Of a stretch of DNA of 45,519 bases, positions 39,601 to 45,519 are shown piece by piece (positions within the stretch are counted from its first letter, which is position 1; each line of letters opens with the position of its first letter). The stretch lies in the NCBI GenBank assembly GCA_041586955.1, contig JBFGZE010000017.1, forward strand, positions 1 through 45,519, given 5' to 3'. The translations under genes and the position numbers were made by a program. The stretch is from Bacteriovoracaceae bacterium. Its GTDB lineage: Bacteria; Bdellovibrionota; Bacteriovoracia; Bacteriovoracales; Bacteriovoracaceae. Below the pieces are notes generated by a model. The model searched no databases. It was given only the letters and a program-made list of their open reading frames with translations, and was not told where the DNA came from.

Positions 39601-41484
39601 GAAGAAATTAATATCAACGCTTCAGCAAATTTATCCCATAATAAAATTAGCGCACTTTGTATTCCAGGCCGCTCCCCTAGTAGCACTAATATCCTTACTG
39701 CTCATTCGAATACCCCAGGCAATGATTATGGTGGAGACCAGGTCATTGGCATGGGGATGACTCTCACCGGTACAGGTAGTAGTGAATACCTTAGTAGCTG
39801 TTCTATTTTCGATTCGAGTGGTGATTACTGGGTACTGGACTCGAGTAACTTTACAAAAAATCTCAATGATAATGAGCTCGTGAGACTCGCCGGCCAACAG
39901 GCGATTTCCACAAATTCTCTTGCATTATTAGAAACATTATCAGGCATTGAACTCACCAAGGATTTTGATTCCGAACAGGTCACAGATATCATCCATCAGA
40001 AAAATCGTTGCTTGCGGGCGCCTGGCTCAACTTGTTTTTCCAATTTTGAATGCGCCCCCTCTAACTGGGTGGCCAGTCGTGTTTCAAATATCGATAGTGA
40101 TAGCAGTACTGTCCAGACAACCCTCAATAAATATGAAGTACAATTTTGGCAAGAAGGTTTGATTTGCTCACAAGAAGATGCACCTACCGCCTCAGATTTC
40201 TCTCTTGGCAACAACCGCTGCTGCCGTGAGACAGGCAAGACCATAACCATTGGATCTCTTGCAGACCAAACGGGCTTTGCTGCCCCTGATACCACTCTTC
40301 CCAATTTTGATAATCAAAATATTCCAGGCCTTGGAGCACTATCTCTATCAAGCTCAAGCCGGTATAGTCGCCTCAGTACTATCTATGATCTTATGAGCAA
40401 TGCCACTGAGTACCCCCCGATCGAGGGTGCCGGTAAAGACTTTTGTACACAAAATGGAACTTGTAAAACAACCAACGACTTGGACAAGCAATATAACTCT
40501 ATCGCCGCCATGGCGGAGCGAACTTGCTGCTCAGCTAACTGGGTGCGGAACTTCAGTAAAAATGGAAATGGTGGCGGTCATGAATGGGGCCCGGGGAAAA
40601 TGCAAAATATTCCCAAAGAATCTTTTAAATGCCTCAATTGGCTCCAATGCTCCGGCGCCACTTGTGGGACAAATTTTACCTGCAATCATACCGAGCAACC
40701 CGATGATCCTGACTGCTTAGCGCGGACAGTGACCAATTCGGAGGCCAATACAATTTTTGATTGGGTCAGCAATCTTGAAATGCTAGGCATCCCGCAGGTA
40801 CGGGTAAAATCCGATGACTTCGCCGATATTTTATGCCGTGTCGATCCCAATGACCAATCTCTTGCCGGAACGACTGCTCCGCCTAATCTTATTAGCAATA
40901 TCGCCGCGGATGGCGAATTTACCGATGGCTCGGGGAATTATTTCAGTGGTGATGATATGACTAACTTCGACTCAGGCCTCAAAGAGGTTTTTAGCCCCGA
41001 TGAGTTTAGTTGCTGTCTACCTCCAGGAACGACTGTGGCGGATGGCACAGACGCCTCCTCGTGCTGTACAGGCTTTATCAATTCCCAAACGAAGAAATGC
41101 CAATTCAAGGATTTTTCCAATCTTAGCGTCTACTTTAATCGCTATATAAGCTCTGGCGCCAAAGATTTATCAAGCGGTGAAATTGACCCTAAATCAGGCT
41201 TTATCAAAAACTTTGATACCGTTATTCGCCTGGCCTGCCAAATCAATGCTTGCGCATCAGGCAAGGTTGTTCTCGGCGTATCACATAGTGACCTAAAGGT
41301 ACCAGGAACTAAGCACCAGGGAAGCTCATACCGTCATAAAAGATTTATTGATGATAATTCAGATGCCTCGAATTTTAGTGGCCTAGCTGACCTTTATGAT
41401 GACGGGCTACGCTGGAATAATAACGTCTACTGCGCCCCTGTCGATAGTAATTTACCAAATACATTTGATTGCTCAAGCTTCTAG
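36604..41484 (+). CDS. Giant (1626 aa) cysteine-rich surface lipoprotein
   Basis: Lipobox LLTSC; Ser/Thr/Asn-rich; dozens of Cys including several CC pairs. Confidence 0.88.
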   Translation: MRILPKTKHSYSILICLFLLALLTSCVQDAGTKRKKSTLEEKATIDTTTPTIPSKLNFFQNNSIQYNTLLPVPADFQGQIYFRGNEVHEYAQNNNSSVQCLVSIFPNSTTNKILISAATPRFFNNFATNTKEYYYLINFSDKTSTQNFCQTVDLISAMGTAYPTYSIAYSLAEVCPTCSASQLVTSSVELYSGGGSNISNISSSYLKVQITAANNSSDPNLVTCSTSTTCIAKGYDCCSLGQCVSDKQLKNGVDQTDADYLQSVQDILSTPSKIYDYPQFYHLCSSNVTPDPTPTSFSDAIDQAARRLEELQELYDCTSPTNSEVGLCTVTTDSPTTGNTYETLADDQNFSSIYSGTIGIPSHSLNRIIHSGETIFENNTYSASDLTIGVGNNNLTDKQSITLLNVASPTAKRDELKIRYHIDGSCEKVNSSLARCYKIYEQGQNKGLTTDHFPASNDFLVPVYANTTMSIKVEVDDAPYLEGSHWSLLASSPAVVTFLGTGLQVADTQTVKITFFVDTNVNNVLQLKQTSLERIQEICECANTVCRLEPKIENSVVVDYNCIYPQPPRPDPPLVQNVLLNSKSVAQLFFDTTGVYQSSPDLTMTQEGNEFTYTKGDLLKPNNVATDIGFNEIYGSFNHDTTAPVPATKVDVKAGKSYIVYVNSGSFSTCYYCGNDFYSGLAKIFPQSFLYQGGGYSPAPAQTDRFSSETYRADDLLFGRACFVPATMIPWTHRANSDRQQQRLLRQNGQHFLFANGYQRDWYGFDYGSVIGSFDGVRWFSIGNSRRIKATTNRLFLAINAYFGDQTITNTFNLTVVDASTVLDADNEINNNFESRGAECQKYHVCETDQDCAGQLGWDYVCETVSNMSTNWPKFDANGQERPNQEETLNILQLFETAQGGPKRCVYRGRGAACHTNYNVTDENNAYSGTTKPGLHACSSNNYCQSFVSGVPVAKFNNRISRYGKSPTVQNANSIPVSDADTFGLGARNLGRPYDWNGLEEININASANLSHNKISALCIPGRSPSSTNILTAHSNTPGNDYGGDQVIGMGMTLTGTGSSEYLSSCSIFDSSGDYWVLDSSNFTKNLNDNELVRLAGQQAISTNSLALLETLSGIELTKDFDSEQVTDIIHQKNRCLRAPGSTCFSNFECAPSNWVASRVSNIDSDSSTVQTTLNKYEVQFWQEGLICSQEDAPTASDFSLGNNRCCRETGKTITIGSLADQTGFAAPDTTLPNFDNQNIPGLGALSLSSSSRYSRLSTIYDLMSNATEYPPIEGAGKDFCTQNGTCKTTNDLDKQYNSIAAMAERTCCSANWVRNFSKNGNGGGHEWGPGKMQNIPKESFKCLNWLQCSGATCGTNFTCNHTEQPDDPDCLARTVTNSEANTIFDWVSNLEMLGIPQVRVKSDDFADILCRVDPNDQSLAGTTAPPNLISNIAADGEFTDGSGNYFSGDDMTNFDSGLKEVFSPDEFSCCLPPGTTVADGTDASSCCTGFINSQTKKCQFKDFSNLSVYFNRYISSGAKDLSSGEIDPKSGFIKNFDTVIRLACQINACASGKVVLGVSHSDLKVPGTKHQGSSYRHKRFIDDNSDASNFSGLADLYDDGLRWNNNVYCAPVDSNLPNTFDCSSF

Positions 41485-42281
41485 GCCACCCACCAAATAA
41501 CACCGGCCAAAATCACCCGATAAAAGCTGAAGGCGAACAGGCCCATCTTTTTGATAAACTTTAAGAAAAAATGAATTGTGACTAGACCAACAATAAAAGA
41601 AACCGCAACTCCAAAGAAGCAGGTAGATAATGAAAAGGTACTATTTCCATTAACAATCTCTGGGAATTTATAAACAAATCCTGCAATAATAATGGGTAAA
41701 CTCAGTAGAAAAGAATAGCGAGTGGCCTCTTCCCGTGACATGCCAATAAAACGCGAGATGGTCAAAGTTGCACCCGAACGTGAAACCCCAGGAAAAATGG
41801 CGAAGGCCTGAAAAGTTCCGACCATTATGGCCCGCACCCATTGAAATTGTTCCATTTTTTGAGTCTCCTTCTTGGTCCCGAAATAGTCGGCGACAAACAT
41901 AAAAAGACCGAACAGAAGAAGATTAAAAGCAATGACCAAGGGATTACGGCCAAATTCCTCCGCAAAGTCCTTTAAAAGAACAACCCAGAGAACCGTTCCT
42001 ATCGTCGAAATGATCATATTGACCGCCAATGAGTATTGGCCATATTTTTGAGGTGCTGTAAGCAAGGAAAAAGTATCACTTAATAAGCGCTTAACTTCTT
42101 TTCTAAAATAGACAATGATGGATAAGGCCGTTCCAAAATGCATGGAAAGATCAAAAAGAACTCCGGGATCCTCAATGTCCAAAAGAAAGGGTAATAATGC
42201 CAAATGACCACTACTGCTGACGGGCAAAAACTCAGTCAGGCCTTGAATCAGGCCATATATTAAAGCTGACAAATAATCCAT
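41481..42281 (-). CDS. uppP: Undecaprenyl-diphosphate phosphatase
   Basis: QGLTEFLPVSSSGHL, PGVSRSGAT and SFLLSLP. Confidence 0.96.
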   Translation of the reverse strand: MDYLSALIYGLIQGLTEFLPVSSSGHLALLPFLLDIEDPGVLFDLSMHFGTALSIIVYFRKEVKRLLSDTFSLLTAPQKYGQYSLAVNMIISTIGTVLWVVLLKDFAEEFGRNPLVIAFNLLLFGLFMFVADYFGTKKETQKMEQFQWVRAIMVGTFQAFAIFPGVSRSGATLTISRFIGMSREEATRYSFLLSLPIIIAGFVYKFPEIVNGNSTFSLSTCFFGVAVSFIVGLVTIHFFLKFIKKMGLFAFSFYRVILAGVIWWVA

Positions 42282-42288
42282 TCTTTCC

Positions 42289-43887
42289 TCACGGCAATAG
42301 TGTTGAATCCTGTGATTTTAACGCTAATCGTAGTTTCTTTAATATTGATAAATAAGGTCCGGAAAAAACATCATTATCAGTCTGATTGCGAATTTCAGAG
42401 GCCAGCTGAAGCCGGTTTATAGCGATTATTAATTGATTTTGTAGTTTCTCGTCCTTGTTTTCAAGTGCTCTTTTCGCCAAACTCAGCATATAACTCTGGG
42501 TATAATAAATAAAGGTGACGATCTCATCCTTTTTTAATTTCCCTTTTAAATAATAATCAAGAATATGAAAAGGAGTAAAATCTTTTTCTTCTTGCGGTAA
42601 ATCGTCTTCAAAATCCTTATTAAAAAACCAATCACATGTAGCAAAAAAGATCTTTTCAAAGTCTTTACGAGAATTGGCATCTGTTAGCCCTTTTCCCCAA
42701 AAATACTCAAAAACGATCAATTCATTACTCTGCAAAGGAATGAGTGTTTCTCTATAAGGATAATCCTCATCCTTTTTATCGGAAGAGATTTGTCGAAAAC
42801 GCAGGAAGGGATGATTTCCCCACTGGATGATATCAATTTCAGGAACACCATACCCAGTCACCATTTCGAGCATCGCATTTCTTAAATTGATATAGCCACG
42901 AATAAAAGGTCCATAAGTCAAAGCATGCCTAAAAAAACTTCCCATCGTTAATTCGAAAGATTTTCGTAAAAGATGATCCAATTCATTATACATTTTGGGA
43001 TCGTTTATCCCATTTTTCCTATAGGCGGCCAATCGAGGAAATTGGGCATTAAAAAGAGGGTTCCCCTTCGCAGCAAGAGCAATAATTCTCTTAAGCGGCA
43101 AGCTTCCCCTGCGCTTGAGTTTCCCCATCACTTTATGTTTGTGGTCATAAATATTCATAACCGGCTTGCTTTTCTTTTGATTGCCAATTTTTGTGATTTC
43201 AAAACTGGGAATAAATTCAAAGCGGCCTTGCCCCAAATCAGAAAAGGCCTTGAAATGGAAAATCCGGGATTGATAATCTTTGAAGGCCTCAAATTTGGTA
43301 TCTTTATCTAATTTAATAGTATCTACTTTTTGAAAAGAAAGTTTCCATTCATTAAAAATAGGCCGTACGAAAAAAGGAAATGAAAATGAAAAAATGACAA
43401 ACATAATTAAAAGGACAAAGGCAATAATATTTTTATTACTTCCTTTCCAGCTAATTTTTGAACCACTAACTCTCTCACCAAAAGTTTCGCCTTGAATAAA
43501 GACTAGTATAAAGTCGATGGGCCAAAGAAATAGGGAAAAAGAAGATAATAATAGGCGAAAGGCCTGCGCGACTTTTTCATTGAGGGAGAAGGCCTTAACC
43601 TTTATTCCCAATAACTTTTCCCACGGTGATGATCCTGTTAAGAGAGCAAAATTAACACGCAGGAACGTACCGATGAGGATGCCCATGAAAAGATGAATAA
43701 AGAAAGCATCTCCTATTCCTTGACTCACAGATTTTGGCAAAATGAGTTTAAAAAATTGACCGATCGGAGTTTTAAGCAGGTTAATATTGGTCAGACCTTG
43801 AAGTAAGCAAAGGATAAAGTAGCCAATTAACCAATCCCCTATTGTCGCGAAAAACCTGAAAATTACCGAAGAAAGTTTAGTGGCCAT
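42289..43887 (-). CDS. Membrane protein with RDD-like N-terminal TM region and large soluble C-terminal domain
   Basis: RFFATIGD, SPWEKLLGIKV and TFGERVSGS resemble an RDD domain; ends 7 bp before uppP. Confidence 0.7.
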   Translation of the reverse strand: MATKLSSVIFRFFATIGDWLIGYFILCLLQGLTNINLLKTPIGQFFKLILPKSVSQGIGDAFFIHLFMGILIGTFLRVNFALLTGSSPWEKLLGIKVKAFSLNEKVAQAFRLLLSSFSLFLWPIDFILVFIQGETFGERVSGSKISWKGSNKNIIAFVLLIMFVIFSFSFPFFVRPIFNEWKLSFQKVDTIKLDKDTKFEAFKDYQSRIFHFKAFSDLGQGRFEFIPSFEITKIGNQKKSKPVMNIYDHKHKVMGKLKRRGSLPLKRIIALAAKGNPLFNAQFPRLAAYRKNGINDPKMYNELDHLLRKSFELTMGSFFRHALTYGPFIRGYINLRNAMLEMVTGYGVPEIDIIQWGNHPFLRFRQISSDKKDEDYPYRETLIPLQSNELIVFEYFWGKGLTDANSRKDFEKIFFATCDWFFNKDFEDDLPQEEKDFTPFHILDYYLKGKLKKDEIVTFIYYTQSYMLSLAKRALENKDEKLQNQLIIAINRLQLASEIRNQTDNDVFSGPYLSILKKLRLALKSQDSTLLP

Positions 43888-44188
43888 AATATTCTCTTAA
43901 ATTGCTCAATTATCATTTTATTGCCCCAAAATATTGGCGATTTCTTTTCAAGCAGAAGTTTTGCCCAATAAATGGTCAATCATCCAAAGTCATTGAAATA
44001 ACATACTCTATTCTACTCCATCCCCATCAATTGCCAAGAAGTCATGTTATTTTATCTTTCTATTACCCGCGCAAAAGGGTCATGTATTAAAATTATATTA
44101 AGTATTTAAGCTCAACAATGTCATACAAAGTACCGAAAAGCCTATGGTGAAGATCCATTTTGTGGGCCCCCGGGAGTAAGGATTGAGA

Positions 44189-45519
44189 ATGGCCAAGCAA
44201 TTTAAAAAATTTTTAGATATGAGCTTTATTCATATTTTAGTCATGACATGGTGTCTGCCCAACCCTATTTTGGCACGGGACGAAAAAAGTGAAAATAATT
44301 TGCTCGGTACTGCTGGTCAAGTGTTCAAACAAGTTAGCGATGACATGATGCAGATGAAGCAACAGCAATTGGCGGATGTGAGTAATCAACAGATGATGTC
44401 GCAGTTTAGGCCAAAAATGGTTCCCTCAAAATTTTTTCCCATGTGCCCTGTTACGATGGCGATTACAACCCATCCAGAGAATGCCTGTATAAACCCAGTC
44501 AATCCGGCCGACCAAGCGGGCGTTCAACAAATGCGCTACTTTAAACAGATGGCAGCATCACAAATCAACTTCTTCGACCAATTGATGTCAGTTGGACAAA
44601 AAGGCCCTAACCCCGTCGGCCTTGAATGTCTTGAGCTACAAAAGTCAAAAACGATGGATCATATTCAAGACCATTTGAATATGCTGGAAGCTCAAATTGG
44701 AGAAATTAATAAGCGTAATCAATTATTTAAAGAACAAAATAAAGAATTAACTGACAATATGAAGAAATTGGCCTCTGAGCTTTATGGCACGGGAAAATCC
44801 CAAGATATCGATACCAAAACAAATAAATTGGCAGCTTATTTTAGTCCGGCCTGTCGCGATATTATTGGCGATAAAAACATGATGGATGCTCAGATCCAAG
44901 TTGGCCTGATCGGCCTTCGCGACGTCAATATGTTAGGTATTAACCAAACGGCAGTACGGACCATACAAAATAAAGAACTTTACGAGTCTGAACTTAAAAA
45001 AAATATCGAACAAGTAAAAAAACAAATCAAAGACCAAGGGCCAGAGGCATGGGATCCAAAAAGTCTTGGAGAAGACGTGATTCCAGGTCAAGCAGTTTTT
45101 CAAAGTAGTATCGCTGTCATTTCTCAGGAAAAGCAAAAATTTCAACGTGAAATCTCTCGCATTCGTAAAACATTAAAGGAAGAGCTTGATTTCGATTTAC
45201 CGGAACTTGATCATAATTACGCTCATAATATGGACAGTTTTGTTAACAACGCCAAAGATTTTTTCCGTAAACGTTATATCAATGATTGCGTAACAGGCAA
45301 GGCCGATGGTGTCGGCATTCCTCTCGAAACAATTTATAATAGTCTCCAACAAGTATCCACAAATTCAGTTGGTGACACGACAATTCGCTATAGAGAATCC
45401 TTAAAGTCAATTATGAATAGCGACGCTTTCATCGAAGACAAAATGCTTGCCCTTAAAGAATTAGATGATCGTTTTGGCGCAGGTAATATAACCATTCGCT
45501 ATAATACTTCTGACTCAAA
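44189..45519 (+). CDS. Large secreted helical/coiled-coil hypothetical protein; 3' end runs off the window
   Basis: Translated by hand (absent from ORF track): MAKQFKKFLDMSFIHILVMTWCLPNPILA-RDEKS..., Gln/Met-rich, open to the window end. Confidence 0.85.
   Translation, partial: MAKQFKKFLDMSFIHILVMTWCLPNPILARDEKSENNLLGTAGQVFKQVSDDMMQMKQQQLADVSNQQMMSQFRPKMVPSKFFPMCPVTMAITTHPENACINPVNPADQAGVQQMRYFKQMAASQINFFDQLMSVGQKGPNPVGLECLELQKSKTMDHIQDHLNMLEAQIGEINKRNQLFKEQNKELTDNMKKLASELYGTGKSQDIDTKTNKLAAYFSPACRDIIGDKNMMDAQIQVGLIGLRDVNMLGINQTAVRTIQNKELYESELKKNIEQVKKQIKDQGPEAWDPKSLGEDVIPGQAVFQSSIAVISQEKQKFQREISRIRKTLKEELDFDLPELDHNYAHNMDSFVNNAKDFFRKRYINDCVTGKADGVGIPLETIYNSLQQVSTNSVGDTTIRYRESLKSIMNSDAFIEDKMLALKELDDRFGAGNITIRYNTSDS

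Noticed and set aside
37331..41120. Numerous 60-105 aa ORFs nested in the giant lipoprotein gene (and similar nested ORFs elsewhere)
   Set aside because: Alternative-frame or antisense shadows with no RBS or motifs.
43902..44090. 62 aa ORF in the divergent spacer
   Set aside because: TTG start without RBS in a promoter-like AT-rich region.
1..45519. CRISPR arrays, tRNA/rRNA genes, IS elements, defence systems
   Set aside because: No regularly spaced repeats, cloverleaf/rRNA signatures, transposase or defence-protein motifs recognised by eye; a formal scan was not possible.

Overview
A 45.5 kb, fairly AT-rich bacterial chromosomal segment. The gene style (many orphan secreted proteins and lipoproteins, a giant Cys-rich lipoprotein, duplicated small XRE regulators, sigma28-like promoters) suggests a Bdellovibrionota/Bacteriovoracaceae-type predator; this is an inference, with no marker gene to confirm it. 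Housekeeping genes (mdh, xth, guaD, cinA, uppP, OmpA-family, SLT) flank a ~15 kb specialised lipid locus at 15.1-30.3 kb made of two convergent operons. The left operon is GbsR/MarR regulator, atypical FabF, dedicated ACP, CrtI-like flavoprotein, oleABCD. The right operon is a second CrtI-like flavoprotein, fabG, fabZ, fabI. Between them lie a FeeM-type N-acyl amino acid synthase fused to a PilZ domain and a large secreted hypothetical. The best candidate for an undescribed system is this discrete FAS-II plus CrtI-like module supplying modified, possibly polyunsaturated, acyl chains to Ole head-to-head olefin synthesis without pfa genes, with a possible c-di-GMP-gated branch to N-acyl amino acids. 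Other observations: a PLD-fold lipoprotein lacking both HKD motifs, an attC-like hairpin before an AT-rich orphan, an anti-SD/operator triple repeat, and two edge-truncated genes missing from the ORF track. No rRNA, tRNA, CRISPR array or transposase was recognised.
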